Under the pieces are notes generated by a model that ran no database searches, had not been told where the DNA came from, and saw nothing but the letters and a program-made list of their open reading frames with translations. 58,312 nucleotides of DNA from contig CBFHVP010000003.1 of the NCBI GenBank assembly GCA_965659315.1, positions 1 to 58,312 on the forward strand, given 5' to 3'. Source of the DNA: an uncultured Porticoccaceae bacterium. Its GTDB lineage: Bacteria > Pseudomonadota > Gammaproteobacteria > Pseudomonadales > Porticoccaceae. A program made the position numbers and the translations under genes. This document shows positions 1 through 16,750 of this stretch, piece by piece (position 1 is the stretch's first letter; each line of letters starts with the position of its first letter).

Positions 1-2
1 TG

Positions 3-5790
<5,788 letters not shown>

Positions 5791-5791
<1 letters not shown>

Positions 5792-6846
5792 TGTCTGAAT
5801 TAAATAATGATCGCTTTCTAAAAGCATTGGCGCGTCAACCGGTAGACCGCACGCCGATTTGGATGATGCGCCAGGCTGGCCGATATCTTCCCGAGTATCG
5901 TGCTACTCGCTCACAAGCCGGTGATTTTATGAGTCTGTGTAAAAACACGGAACTGGCCTGTGAAGTCACATTGCAACCTTTAGAGCGCTATGACCTAGAT
6001 GCCGCGATTCTTTTTTCAGATATTCTTACTATTCCTGACGCCATGGGGCTCGGCCTCTATTTTGAAGAGGGAGAAGGTCCCAAGTTTCGCAAGCCAGTGC
6101 GCACCGAAGCAGATATTGAACAACTTAATGTGGTTGATACCGCATCCGACCTTGCCTATGTTACCGATGCCGTCGCTATGATTCGTCGAGAACTGCACGG
6201 GCGTGTGCCATTGATTGGTTTTTCGGGTAGCCCATGGACTTTGGCCACCTATATGATCGAAGGCCAGAGTAGTCGAGATTTTGCTCGTGCTAAAACAATG
6301 CTCTATACACAGCCAGAATTAATGCATCAGCTGCTGGATAAACTGGCTCTTTCTGTTATTGACTACCTCAATGCGCAGATCAGTGCTGGCGCGCAAGTAG
6401 TGCAAATTTTTGATACCTGGGGTGGTGCGCTGAGTCATGCTGCCTATCTGGAGTTTTCACTGGCTTATATGCGAAAAATTGTAAGCGGCCTGATCAAGCA
6501 TGCTGATGGTCGCGATGTACCGGTTATTTTGTTCACCAAAGGTGGCGGCCATTGGTTGGAAGCTATGGCGGAAACGGGTTGCGATGCTCTCGGTTTGGAC
6601 TGGACCGTCGATATTGGCGCAGCCAGAGCTCGTGTTGGCAATCAAGTCGCATTACAGGGGAATATGGACCCCGCCGTATTAAGGTCCGATCCGGCTCGTA
6701 TTGAAGCTGAGGTCGCCACTATTTTGCAATCCTTCGGCACCGGTAGCGGTCATATATTTAATCTGGGTCATGGCATTACCCCCGATATCGATCCGGCGCA
6801 TGCGAAAGTATTTATTGATGCGGTGCATAAATTTTCTGCGAGTTAG
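5791..6846 (+). CDS. hemE: Uroporphyrinogen decarboxylase
   Basis: [26 protein letters not shown] and FNLGHGI motifs; TAATG coupling to gltD. Confidence 0.98.
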
Positions 6847-6966
6847 AGGCAAGTATTTTGATCACCAGGCGGTCTAGCACGCAACGTCATTAGGTCGCCC
6901 TAGACACCAGTAGGATCGCTTTAGGTTCCGCCCAACAGATATTGATACGATGTTGTCTTTGCTAAT

Positions 6967-7839
6967 TTAGCCTTTCTTATCGGCAATGGCTTCGCCCATC
7001 TTTACCGTTGCGTAGGGCGCGATTTTTTTACTCCACTCGATGGCCTGTTGTGGAAACAGTAGGATAACGGTAGAGCCAAACTTAAAACGGCCTATCTCAT
7101 CGCCTTTGGCAAAGTTGATTGAATCTCCAGAATAATCAGTCTCTCTCACTGCACCAGGTCCAGGATTTTCAAAGCCAGACCACACTGTTTCGATACCAGC
7201 CACCAACATGGCGCCGACAAAGATTAGACTAAAGCGGCCGATTTCGGCGCATTCAAATTCACACACCAATCTCTCATTGCGGGCAAACACACCGGGCAAA
7301 GCCTGGGCGGTCTGATCATTAACAGAGAATAATTCGCCGGGAATATAGCGGCTGCTTAACAGTTTGCCGGCAATGGGCATATGCACACGATGATAGTCTT
7401 TGGGAGACAGGTAGATAGTGGCAAAGCTACCATTATCATAAGCCTGTGCCTGCACCGAATTGCCCACTAGGCGGCTCACTGAGTAATCGATACCTTTAGC
7501 TTGCAGGATTCTATTTTTGTTGATCGGCCCCGCCTGGCTGATAGCACCATCGGCCGGTGAAATAATAGTACTGCCACCTGAATCTATGGGTCTGACACCA
7601 GCTTTGAGTTGCCGGGTAAAAAAAGCATTAAAGTTTTCATAATCATCAAGATTTTCTGTTTCAGCCTCTGCCATATTGATATTGAACGCTTTGATGGCTG
7701 CTGTTATCAGCTTATTTTTCAGCCAAGGTCGCTTTGACTCGGCGACACTAGCAATTGCGCGTGAGAGGCTATGTTTTGGCAGTATTCGCTGCAGGGCGAC
7801 AAAGAGGTCAGCGCGGTGGCTCATGGTATCAGTACTCAA
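6967..7839 (-). CDS. psd: Phosphatidylserine decarboxylase proenzyme (alternative ATG start at 7824)
   Basis: FNAFFTRQLK, SPADG, YLSPKDYHRVHMP and GST self-cleavage site (FKFGSTVILLF). Confidence 0.95.
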   Translation of the reverse strand: MSTDTMSHRADLFVALQRILPKHSLSRAIASVAESKRPWLKNKLITAAIKAFNINMAEAETENLDDYENFNAFFTRQLKAGVRPIDSGGSTIISPADGAISQAGPINKNRILQAKGIDYSVSRLVGNSVQAQAYDNGSFATIYLSPKDYHRVHMPIAGKLLSSRYIPGELFSVNDQTAQALPGVFARNERLVCEFECAEIGRFSLIFVGAMLVAGIETVWSGFENPGPGAVRETDYSGDSINFAKGDEIGRFKFGSTVILLFPQQAIEWSKKIAPYATVKMGEAIADKKG

Positions 7840-7864
7840 TCAAAGGTTAGGTTAGTTCAGAGGT

Positions 7865-8677
7865 TTAAAAGCCAAGGTCAATTGGGGTGTGGTGAAGATT
7901 TCCCCATTCTGCCCAGGAGCCATCGTAACCGCGGATATTGTTGTAGCCCAGTATTCGCCCAACCATATAGGTAAAGCTAGAGCGATGATGGCTTTGGCAA
8001 TGCGTGGCAATGTGTTTATCACGCGTGAGGCCGGCATTATCCAGAATCTGTTGGGCATCCTCACGGATGCGCAGGTGCTTTTGCTGATCCATCAGTTGCG
8101 TCCATTCCAGATTGATTGCTCCCGGAATATGTCCACCGCGAGCGGCACGCACCATGTCGCCACTATATTCGGCCGGACTACGGGCATCCCAGATTGCAAA
8201 ATTAGGCTCATCTAAAAGGCCAATAATTTGCTCCTGATCAATGCGAGCTTGAGGGCGAGCAAAGCTGACTACCGACTCAATACTGTTGGGCTGATTGGTT
8301 GCGCTTTCATCAATAAAGCCCTGTTTAATCCAGGGTACAATGCCGCCATTTAAATAACGCCAATTGGTCAGGCCTAATAAATCTAATGTCCACGCCAGAC
8401 GACCTGCCCAGCCACCACCCTCATCATCATAGAGGATGACCTGTTTGCCGCCATCAATACCCAAATAGTTTATAACCTGTTGTAGCTGTTCCAGAGGCGG
8501 GCAAGCACCTGGTGTTGGTGGCGTACCTGTGAGCAAATGATTACCGGATAAGTGAACAGCGCCAGGTACATGCTTTTGCTGATAGAGCGCCTGATTACAC
8601 AGATCGACGATGATGAGATCGCTGTCACCGAGCTTGGCTTCGAGTTCACTGGGTTCGATAAGGTGGTTGTTGGTCAT
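7865..8677 (-). CDS. rhdA: Two-domain rhodanese / thiosulfate sulfurtransferase, RhdA type
   Basis: DARSPAEY, GHIPGA, active loop HCQSHHRS (RhdA-like HCQTHHR) and YDGSWAEW; the rhdA-psd pairing is known from Azotobacter/Pseudomonas. Confidence 0.9.
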   Translation of the reverse strand: MTNNHLIEPSELEAKLGDSDLIIVDLCNQALYQQKHVPGAVHLSGNHLLTGTPPTPGACPPLEQLQQVINYLGIDGGKQVILYDDEGGGWAGRLAWTLDLLGLTNWRYLNGGIVPWIKQGFIDESATNQPNSIESVVSFARPQARIDQEQIIGLLDEPNFAIWDARSPAEYSGDMVRAARGGHIPGAINLEWTQLMDQQKHLRIREDAQQILDNAGLTRDKHIATHCQSHHRSSFTYMVGRILGYNNIRGYDGSWAEWGNLHHTPIDLGF

Positions 8678-8728
8678 GACTAATCCTAAGTAAGCCGCGA
8701 TTTTAGCATTTTTTAACCTAGATGCGCG

Positions 8729-9754
8729 TTACCGTTGCTGCTGACTGAGGATAATTTGGCGATAGTTCATCAGCCGTACTTGCAGTACTTTTTTATCTGC
8801 CACCGCCTGTAATAGTGCGCAGCCAATTTCTTTGTCATGCTGACAGTCGCGAAATTTGCAACGACCTAAATAGGGCCGAAAATCAATAAAACCGTCAATA
8901 ATTTTTTCCTGACTTAAATGCGTCAAGGCAAATTCTCGAATACCCGGAGAGTCAATAAGTACACCACCACCTACCAGATGGAATAGTTTCGACGCCGTAG
9001 TGGTATGAGTGCCTTCCTCTTTGTTGTCGGACAAGGGGCCCACCTGCATATTGGCATCGGGAAGTAGATGATTTAATAGCGACGACTTACCGACGCCAGA
9101 CTGGCCGACAAAAATAGAGGTGTGGTCGGCTAAATAGCGCTGTAATAGGTCAATGCCAAGCCCTGTTTTAGCCGATACCACGATAACCTCATAACCTATG
9201 AAGCGATAGTTATCTAACAGTTGATCGATATCATTCTGATTGTCTTCATCGACTATATCGCATTTATTAAGTACCAGTAGTGGGGTGATTCCCTGAGCCT
9301 CAGCGGCAACAAGGTAGCGGTCAAGTAAATTGCTGTGAGGGATCGGTTTGGGGGCGAATACAATGGCAATTCGGTCTATATTAGCAGCGACGGGGCGCAG
9401 TTTGCCATAGCTGTCTGGTCGGATAAGCTGCGATTGGCGCGGTTCGCAAGCCACCACGACACCGTGGGGCTCAGCGTGTCGCCAGATCACCTTATCACCA
9501 GTGACTAAGGTGTCTAAATTAGTGCGTTTATAACAGCGAAAAATATGTCCTTGGAAAGGTGCCTCAATGCCCTCGATATCGACCTGAGTACCGTAATTTG
9601 TCACCACTATTCCCAGAGTTTCTTGCCCGAGACCCTGTAAGTTTTTAAGGTCCTCGTCATTTAGCGTCTGTTTTAGATTGGCTCGCTGGCGCCGGCGCTC
9701 CTGAATGGCCTGAATACGATCTTTTTGACGTTTACTCAGTCTGCGATTGCTCAA
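8729..9754 (-). CDS. rsgA: Ribosome small subunit biogenesis GTPase RsgA (likely TTG start at 9754; ORF track extends to 9799)
   Basis: Circularly permuted GTPase motifs [17 protein letters not shown] and DSPGIREF, plus the Zn finger CKFRDCQH..C; basic N-terminus SNRRLSKRQ. Confidence 0.96.
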   Translation of the reverse strand: MSNRRLSKRQKDRIQAIQERRRQRANLKQTLNDEDLKNLQGLGQETLGIVVTNYGTQVDIEGIEAPFQGHIFRCYKRTNLDTLVTGDKVIWRHAEPHGVVVACEPRQSQLIRPDSYGKLRPVAANIDRIAIVFAPKPIPHSNLLDRYLVAAEAQGITPLLVLNKCDIVDEDNQNDIDQLLDNYRFIGYEVIVVSAKTGLGIDLLQRYLADHTSIFVGQSGVGKSSLLNHLLPDANMQVGPLSDNKEEGTHTTTASKLFHLVGGGVLIDSPGIREFALTHLSQEKIIDGFIDFRPYLGRCKFRDCQHDKEIGCALLQAVADKKVLQVRLMNYRQIILSQQQR

Positions 9755-9853
9755 TACATTTTCCCGGTTGACCTGCATGTCTGGCGTTATGGACGCCAAG
9801 GATATAGCATAAACGCTCTAAGTAACATTTTGCATACCATTACAGGCGCCACT

Positions 9854-10402
9854 ATGACAGTTCAAGACCCTCTCAACTTAATTTGGATCGACTTGGAAAT
9901 GACAGGTCTGGATCCACAGCATGAGCGCATTATTGAAATAGCCACGGTGGTGACTGACGCAAATCTCAATGTTTTGGCTGAGGGGCCTTCTTTGGTAATC
10001 CACCAATCAGATCACTTACTGGATAATATGGATGAGTGGAATACCAACCAACATGGTAATTCTGGGCTCACTCAGCGTGTGCGCAATAGTCAGATTACTG
10101 AAGCGGAAGCTTGTGCGGCGACGCTTGATTTTTTGCGTCAGTGGGTGCCAGCACAGCAGTCCCCTATGTGCGGTAACTCTATCGGTCAAGATCGTCGATT
10201 CTTAGTACGTTACATGCCCGAGCTAGCCAATTTTTTCCACTATCGAAATCTTGATGTCAGTACCTTAAAAGAATTGGCGAGACGCTGGAAACCTGAGTTA
10301 GCAAACGGGTTTAGTAAAAAAGGTAGTCATCTGGCAATGGATGATGTCTATGATTCAATCGCAGAGTTAGCGTATTATCGCGACGTGTTTATTCAGCCCT
10401 GA
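9854..10402 (+). CDS. orn: Oligoribonuclease (ATG at 9854; the track start at 9725 is too far upstream)
   Basis: [37 protein letters not shown]; 182 aa; divergent from rsgA. Confidence 0.97.
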   Translation: MTVQDPLNLIWIDLEMTGLDPQHERIIEIATVVTDANLNVLAEGPSLVIHQSDHLLDNMDEWNTNQHGNSGLTQRVRNSQITEAEACAATLDFLRQWVPAQQSPMCGNSIGQDRRFLVRYMPELANFFHYRNLDVSTLKELARRWKPELANGFSKKGSHLAMDDVYDSIAELAYYRDVFIQP

Positions 10403-11486
10403 TAGCCGCTAATTTGTCTTGTTGCTGCGATATAGCCCATTGCACATGGTCGCGTACCAGTGATGACGGATGGTCACTCTTTTTTGCTAACGCCTCAATA
10501 ATGGTGGCCGATCCGCTGGCGTTACCAAGGCCTACCGCGAGATTGCGCAGCCAGCGCTCGTGACCAATACGGCGGATGGGCGAGCCCTCAGTATTATTCT
10601 CGAACTCTTCAACCGTCCAGTTAAATAAGGTAACCAAATTAGCATCGTCGAGATTATGTCGCGGTGTAAAGTCATTTTCTTGAGACTGTGAGGCGAAGCG
10701 ATTCCAAGGACAGATAATCTGGCAATCATCGCAACCAAATACGCGGTTGCCCATTTTGGGTCGCAACGCTTCGGGGATTGCGCCTTTATTTTCAATAGTG
10801 AGGTAGGAAATACATTTCCTCGCATCCAGTACATAAGGTTCGGGAAATGCATCAGTAGGGCAAATTTTTAAACAGGCGCGACAGTTGCCGCAGCGATCTT
10901 TTTGCTCGCTGCTATCGGTAGGCAATGGCAATGATGTATATATTTCGCCAAGAAAAAACCACGAGCCAGCTTGATCATTGAGGAGCAGAGTGTTTTTACC
11001 AATCCAGCCTAGCCCAGCTTGTTCGGCGAGAGGTTTTTCCATCACTGGTGCACTGTCAACAAAGGGTCGCTGAGAGAGAGCGAGCTGGGGTAATTCATCT
11101 TGAATCATTGATGCAAGCTTTGCTAGACGCTTGCGAATCAGTTTGTGATAGTCACGACCGAGTGCATACCTTGATATATATGCTTTATTGTCATCCTTCA
11201 AGACGGCGATCATTTTATCGTCTGCAAGGTAGTCCATGCGTACAGAGATGACTCGCACACATTGATCTACCAGCTGACCAACGTTGTAGCGTTTGTCGCC
11301 ATGCTCGCCCATCCACTGCATAGAGCCCTGAAAGCCATCCGCCAGCCATTTTTTAAGGCGTGTCGATGCTTGATCGAGATTGGGTTCGACAATGGCAACT
11401 TGCTGAAAACCCAACGCTTTGCCCCAAGCCTTTATATTTTTGGCGAGGTTATCGAGTTTTTCTGTATCGACGACATCTTGTACCAT
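10389..11486 (-). CDS. queG: Epoxyqueuosine reductase (cobalamin/Fe-S)
   Basis: [39 protein letters not shown] and [13 protein letters not shown]. Confidence 0.97.
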   Translation of the reverse strand: MVQDVVDTEKLDNLAKNIKAWGKALGFQQVAIVEPNLDQASTRLKKWLADGFQGSMQWMGEHGDKRYNVGQLVDQCVRVISVRMDYLADDKMIAVLKDDNKAYISRYALGRDYHKLIRKRLAKLASMIQDELPQLALSQRPFVDSAPVMEKPLAEQAGLGWIGKNTLLLNDQAGSWFFLGEIYTSLPLPTDSSEQKDRCGNCRACLKICPTDAFPEPYVLDARKCISYLTIENKGAIPEALRPKMGNRVFGCDDCQIICPWNRFASQSQENDFTPRHNLDDANLVTLFNWTVEEFENNTEGSPIRRIGHERWLRNLAVGLGNASGSATIIEALAKKSDHPSSLVRDHVQWAISQQQDKLAAIRAE

Positions 11487-11542
11487 GTTTTAGCGCGTTT
11501 TCTGTCTTATAATTGCGCCAATTTTACGGGGATATTTACTTA

Positions 11543-13045
11543 ATGTCGCACAACTTTATACAAGATGCTCTATTCGATGCCAAATCAGTTGCACAACTCG
11601 ATCGCACTGCAATTGATAGCCATGGTGTGCCGGGAATCGTGCTAATGAAGCGTGCTGGCCGCGCAGCATTGCGTGAATTGCTCGATGCCTTTGGCGTACC
11701 GACATCACTGACTATTTTCTGTGGTTCTGGCAATAATGCTGGTGATGGCTATATTGTTGCGGCTTTGGCCGCGGCTAAGAATATCCCGGTAGAGATTGTC
11801 GAGTTGTCTAATAAGCTGAGTGCAGATGCATCCGAGGCAAAGCAATTTGCTCAGCAAGCTGGTGTTGGTTTCGTTGATTTCGATCAAGCCACTGAGGTGA
11901 CCTCTGGTGTAATTGTTGATGGTTTATTAGGTACCGGCTTTGATGGTGACTTACGCGAGCCCTACATTGACGCCATTCAATTGATTAATGCGTCTGGTAT
12001 GCCAGTGCTCGCTCTTGATATTCCCTCCGGTCTGCATGCCGATACTGGACATATTGCTGATGTGGCCGTGAAAGCAGATCTTACGATCACGTTTATAGGT
12101 GCCAAGCAGGGATTGTTCTCCGCTCAGGGGCCTGTCGTTTGTGGTGACATAATCTATGATTCTTTAGACGTCCCAGAACAGGTGTTTGAGCAGGTGCCGG
12201 CAACAGCAACATTGTTGGATCTATTTGAGTTAATGGATTGTTTGCCGCAGTTATCAATTGATGGACATAAAAATTTGCGTGGTCATGCCATGGTAATAGG
12301 GGGCGATCAGGGTTTTGGTGGCGCTGCTATCTTGGCCGCTGAAGCATGCTTGCAGATTGGTGCTGGCGTCACTAGTTTAGCTACACGTCCCGAACATATT
12401 GCCCCGATGTTAATGCGGCAACCCGAAGTAATGGCTTGTCCAGTGGTTTCCGGTCAAGAATTAGAACCCCTGCTGAGTCGACCCAATGTGTTAGTGGTTG
12501 GTCCCGGTTTGGGTCGATCGCCTTGGTCAGAGCAGTTATTGCAAAAAGCTGTGACCTCTGGACTACCCCTAGTGCTAGATGCAGATGGTTTGAATATTCT
12601 TGCTGATGGACGAGTGGTGCCTAATCCCGATGGAAGTCAATGGGTGTTGACGCCTCATGCCGGTGAAGCATCGCGGTTACTGGGGCTATCTATAGCGGAA
12701 GTACAAGCAGACCGATACCGAGCAGTACGCCTACTGCAGGAAAAATACTCTGCCGTAGTCCTATTAAAAGGCCCCGGTACATTGATTGCCGGTCCAGATA
12801 AAATCACTCAGGTCTGCACTTATGGTAATCCAGCGATGGCCACTGCTGGCATGGGCGATATTCTCAGCGGCCTTATTGGAGGCTTAATAGCTCAGGGCTG
12901 TGATGTGCAGACTGCGACAGAATTAGGCTGTTGCCTTCATGGCAGTGCGGCAGATTTAGCCGTGCAGGAGCAGGGTCCCCGAGGTCTCGTGGCGTCTGAC
13001 CTATTACCGCATTTGCGCAGCCTGTTAAATCAGAGTTATCTATGA
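11543..13045 (+). CDS. nnr: Bifunctional NAD(P)HX epimerase/dehydratase (ATG at 11543)
   Basis: CGSGNNAGDG, DGLLGTG, DIPSG, GPGLG, LTPHAGEA and ATAGMGDILSG. Confidence 0.95.
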   Translation: MSHNFIQDALFDAKSVAQLDRTAIDSHGVPGIVLMKRAGRAALRELLDAFGVPTSLTIFCGSGNNAGDGYIVAALAAAKNIPVEIVELSNKLSADASEAKQFAQQAGVGFVDFDQATEVTSGVIVDGLLGTGFDGDLREPYIDAIQLINASGMPVLALDIPSGLHADTGHIADVAVKADLTITFIGAKQGLFSAQGPVVCGDIIYDSLDVPEQVFEQVPATATLLDLFELMDCLPQLSIDGHKNLRGHAMVIGGDQGFGGAAILAAEACLQIGAGVTSLATRPEHIAPMLMRQPEVMACPVVSGQELEPLLSRPNVLVVGPGLGRSPWSEQLLQKAVTSGLPLVLDADGLNILADGRVVPNPDGSQWVLTPHAGEASRLLGLSIAEVQADRYRAVRLLQEKYSAVVLLKGPGTLIAGPDKITQVCTYGNPAMATAGMGDILSGLIGGLIAQGCDVQTATELGCCLHGSAADLAVQEQGPRGLVASDLLPHLRSLLNQSYL

Positions 13046-13575
13046 ATAAAACGTCGACGCTGGCTAAAACCACCGTTGAGTTGGCTGACGAAGACGCCAT
13101 GGTTAGTTTTGGTTGTGCTATTAGTAGTTCGCTGATTCAAAATAGTTCGCTGATTAAAAATAGTGCGCTAATTAAAAAATCCATGATAATCACTTTACAA
13201 GGGCAATTGGGTGCAGGGAAAACCACGCTATCTCGAGGCCTGTTGCAGGGTTTAGGTCATCGCGGTTCGGTTAAAAGTCCCACTTATACATTAGTTGAGC
13301 CCTATCAACTGCCGGTGGGTTCAGTTTTTCATTTTGATCTTTATCGTATTGTCGATGCTGAGGAACTCGAATATATGGGTTTTACTGAGTATCTGGCCGA
13401 GGCTAAGTTATGCTTGATAGAATGGCCAGAGCGAGGGCAGGGGTTTCTACCGCAAGCTGATATTGCTGTAGAGATAAGTCAGCCCGGTGAGGGCCGCTGT
13501 GTTACTCTGGTTGCTTATTCTGCATGTGGTGAGCAGTTGATCGATCTGTTGGACTGGGACCAAGATAAAAAATGA
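13042..13575 (+). CDS. tsaE: tRNA t6A37 biosynthesis ATPase TsaE, with an in-frame repeat insertion
   Basis: GQLGAGKTT, VKSPTYTLVEPY, HFDLYR and IEWPE; conserved position between nnr and amiB. Confidence 0.96.
   Translation: MNKTSTLAKTTVELADEDAMVSFGCAISSSLIQNSSLIKNSALIKKSMIITLQGQLGAGKTTLSRGLLQGLGHRGSVKSPTYTLVEPYQLPVGSVFHFDLYRIVDAEELEYMGFTEYLAEAKLCLIEWPERGQGFLPQADIAVEISQPGEGRCVTLVAYSACGEQLIDLLDWDQDKK
13123..13176 (+). repeat. Three 18-bp degenerate tandem repeats inside tsaE
   Basis: AGTAGTTCGCTGATTCAA / AATAGTTCGCTGATTAAA / AATAGTGCGCTAATTAAA, encoding SSSLIQ-NSSLIK-NSALIK. Confidence 0.9.
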
Positions 13576-14900
13576 TAGTGCGCTATTTCACAACGCTTAT
13601 TAAATGCACAGCGATTGGCCTGCTGTGGTTAGTGCCGATGCAACTGTGGGCCGCAGATATTGAGTCTGTGCGTCTGTGGCGAGCGCCTGACAAAACCAGA
13701 TTGGTATTGGACCTGAGTGGCACTGTTGAGCACAATCTATTTGCGTTACAGAGTCCCAGTCGGTTGGTGATTGACATCAGTGATTCGCGTATCAAAACTA
13801 AATTTACTGATCTGGACTTTAGCAACACGCCCATTGCCGGGATTCGTGTGGCAGTGCGTAACAAGTCCGATGTCAGAGTCGTGCTAGATCTGACTAATAC
13901 CGTTAGCCCAAAAAGTTTCTCCCTGCCGGCGAATGAACAATATAGCAATCGACTGGTGATTGATCTTTTTGATAAAAAGCCAGTGGTTAGTCGGACGCTC
14001 GACGAAGTCGTGCAAAAGAAAGATCGTAAAATTATTATCGCCATTGATGCGGGGCATGGCGGTGAGGACCCAGGTGCTTTGGGGCCAAGAAGAGTGCGTG
14101 AAAAAATCGTAGTGTTGCAGTTAGCGAAAAAAATTAAGGCGCTATTAGACAGCAATCCAAACTTTCAGGGAGAGTTGGTGCGCAGTGGTGATTATTATCT
14201 CGCTCACCGCAGACGTACACAAATTGCCCGTGATAAGCAGGCTGATTTATTTATTTCGATCCATGCAGATGCGTTTACTGACCCATCGGCGCATGGTGCG
14301 TCTGTCTACGCCCTGTCGACCAAAGGCGCGACCAGTGAGGCTGCGCGCTACCTTGCCGATAGTGAAAACCGCGCTGATTTAATTGGTGGTGCTAGCTCAC
14401 TTAGTCTAGATGATAAAGATGAATTACTTGCCGGTGTGCTGCTGGATTTATCGATGACGGCCACGTTGAGTAGTAGTCTTGAGGTAGGGGAGTATGTGCT
14501 TAAGAATATGGGGACCGTTGCTCGATTGCATAAGAAGAAAGTTGAGCAGGCGGGATTCTTGGTACTGAAGTCACCTGATATTCCATCACTATTATTAGAA
14601 ACTGGATTTATATCTAACCCCAATGAGGCGCGAAAACTCAGCAGTAATAGCTATCAAAATAAAATGGCAAGGGCGATTTTTCAGGGCATAGAGCAATATT
14701 TTTCTGATAACCCACCCGATGGTACCTTGTTAGCAAAATATGGTAATCGAGTAGATCGGATTTATGTGGTAGCTCCGGGCGATACCCTCTCTGAAATCGC
14801 TGTGCGATTTAATGTCTCGATGAGGAAACTCAAACGTCACAATAATATGTCCTCAAGCAAGATTCGTGTCGGCAAAAAACTTAAAATTCCACCACGCTAG
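13572..14900 (+). CDS. amiB: N-acetylmuramoyl-L-alanine amidase (AMIN + Amidase_3 + LysM)
   Basis: Signal peptide, TRLVLDL (AMIN), IDAGHGGEDPGA, SIHADA, LLETGFISN and a C-terminal LysM (YVVAPGDTLSEIA). Confidence 0.93.
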   Translation: MIVRYFTTLIKCTAIGLLWLVPMQLWAADIESVRLWRAPDKTRLVLDLSGTVEHNLFALQSPSRLVIDISDSRIKTKFTDLDFSNTPIAGIRVAVRNKSDVRVVLDLTNTVSPKSFSLPANEQYSNRLVIDLFDKKPVVSRTLDEVVQKKDRKIIIAIDAGHGGEDPGALGPRRVREKIVVLQLAKKIKALLDSNPNFQGELVRSGDYYLAHRRRTQIARDKQADLFISIHADAFTDPSAHGASVYALSTKGATSEAARYLADSENRADLIGGASSLSLDDKDELLAGVLLDLSMTATLSSSLEVGEYVLKNMGTVARLHKKKVEQAGFLVLKSPDIPSLLLETGFISNPNEARKLSSNSYQNKMARAIFQGIEQYFSDNPPDGTLLAKYGNRVDRIYVVAPGDTLSEIAVRFNVSMRKLKRHNNMSSSKIRVGKKLKIPPR

Positions 14901-14923
14901 CGTGATCACTCGGGTCTTTATCA

Positions 14924-16732
14924 ATGTCTAGTATCAAAATTCTCAGTCCGCAATTAGCCAACCAAATTGCCGCTGGAGAGGTGGTTGAGCGTCCCGCTTC
15001 TGTGCTCAAGGAATTGGTAGAAAATAGCTTAGACGCGGGTGCCAAACGAATTGATATAGAGATTGAGCAGGGCGGCGTTAAGTTAATCAAGGTGCGCGAT
15101 GATGGCACTGGTATTGCTGAAACGGAATTAGCCTTGGCCCTAAGTCGTCACGCCACGAGCAAGATTGATGATTTGCAAGATCTTGAGGCTGTTGCCACAT
15201 TGGGTTTTCGTGGCGAGGCGCTGGCCAGTATTGCTTCCGTGTCACGTCTCGCCCTGACATCCAATAATGAGGGTAGTGGCAGTGGATGGAAAGCGGTATC
15301 CGAGGGTCGCGATATGGAGGTTGATTTGCAACCTGCTGCCCATCCACAGGGCACCAGTGTTGAGGTAAGAGATCTATTCTTTAATACGCCAGCGCGGCGC
15401 AAATTTCTGCGTACGGAAGGTACAGAATACAATCGCATTGATGAGAGTATTAAAAAGTTGGCACTAAGCCGTATGGATATAGCTTTTAGCTGGCGTCACA
15501 ATCAGCGCGCTCAGATCAATCTTCATCCGGCGCACAGTCAACTTGAGCAAGAGAAGCGCGTAGCCGATATCTGCGGTCCAACCTTTATGCAGCAGGCCCT
15601 TTATGTGAATAATGATCGCTCGGGTATCCGGCTGTGGGGTTGGATGGGGTTGCCGACGTTTTCTCGAAGTCAGGCGGATTTACAACATTTTTTTGTCAAT
15701 GGACGCTGTATTCGGGATAAGGTTGTTTCACATGCGATTCGCCAAGCCTATCAAGATGTTCTTTATCACGGTCGGCATCCCGCCTTCGTTTTGTTCCTTG
15801 AAATTGAACCTGCAGATGTAGACGTCAATGTACACCCCACTAAACATGAAGTCCGTTTTCGTGATAGCCGTGCCATTCATGGTTTCGTCTATGGCACTCT
15901 GAATAAGGCATTGGCGCAGGATCGGCCCCAAGATCATCTGCAAGTCGGGGAAACGTTAGATGGCAACGGTACTGAGCAGCAATGGCAACCCAATCAATCA
16001 ACTCTGTCGCTCTCTACTGCAGGGCAACCGTCTCAGGGTGCAGTAAATTATGCGCAATTCTCTGATGCAGGTCGCGGCTCAATCAATACGCCAATGGAGG
16101 CCTATCAAAGTTTATACAACCCGCAGATGCCGGAGGAACAAGGTGACTTGCCACCTATGGGGTTTGCCATTGCTCAGCTAAAAGGTATTTATATTTTGGC
16201 CGAAAATGCTCAAGGGTTGATTATTGTTGATATGCACGCAGCTCACGAGCGAATTACCTATGAGCGAATGAAAACCGCGTTTGATACTCAGGGGCTTGTT
16301 TCGCAGCCACTGCTAGTGCCGGAAAGCTTATCTGTCAGTGAGCGCGAAGCAGATATTACCGATAAAAGCGCAGAGATCTTCGGTCAATTGGGCTTTGTAG
16401 TTGAGCGCGCTGCAGCGGAAAGTATTATTGTCCGTGAAATACCCGCGATACTGCGAGGTTCAGAGGTAGAAGGACTACTTCGTGACGTTATCTCGGATCT
16501 GCTTGTGCACGGTACATCGGAGCGTATACGTCACCATATCAATGAGATTCTATCGACCATGGCCTGCCATGGTTCTGTGCGTGCCAACCGCAAACTGACT
16601 ATTCCAGAAATGAATGCGTTATTGCGCGATATGGAAGCCACAGAGCGCAGTGGTCAATGTAACCATGGTCGTCCTACTTGGTCACAGCTCAGCCTAGATG
16701 AATTGGATAAGCTATTTTTGCGCGGCCGATGA
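14924..16732 (+). CDS. mutL: DNA mismatch repair protein MutL, endonuclease-containing type
   Basis: [41 protein letters not shown] and CNHGRP. Confidence 0.98.
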   Translation: MSSIKILSPQLANQIAAGEVVERPASVLKELVENSLDAGAKRIDIEIEQGGVKLIKVRDDGTGIAETELALALSRHATSKIDDLQDLEAVATLGFRGEALASIASVSRLALTSNNEGSGSGWKAVSEGRDMEVDLQPAAHPQGTSVEVRDLFFNTPARRKFLRTEGTEYNRIDESIKKLALSRMDIAFSWRHNQRAQINLHPAHSQLEQEKRVADICGPTFMQQALYVNNDRSGIRLWGWMGLPTFSRSQADLQHFFVNGRCIRDKVVSHAIRQAYQDVLYHGRHPAFVLFLEIEPADVDVNVHPTKHEVRFRDSRAIHGFVYGTLNKALAQDRPQDHLQVGETLDGNGTEQQWQPNQSTLSLSTAGQPSQGAVNYAQFSDAGRGSINTPMEAYQSLYNPQMPEEQGDLPPMGFAIAQLKGIYILAENAQGLIIVDMHAAHERITYERMKTAFDTQGLVSQPLLVPESLSVSEREADITDKSAEIFGQLGFVVERAAAESIIVREIPAILRGSEVEGLLRDVISDLLVHGTSERIRHHINEILSTMACHGSVRANRKLTIPEMNALLRDMEATERSGQCNHGRPTWSQLSLDELDKLFLRGR

Positions 16733-16750
16733 TGTTGGTTGATAAGTACC

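Noticed and set aside
6847-6966. Bidirectional terminator between hemE and psd
   Set aside because: Only a wobble-rich GGCGGTCTA/TAGGTCGCC stem with a long loop and no adjacent T tract.
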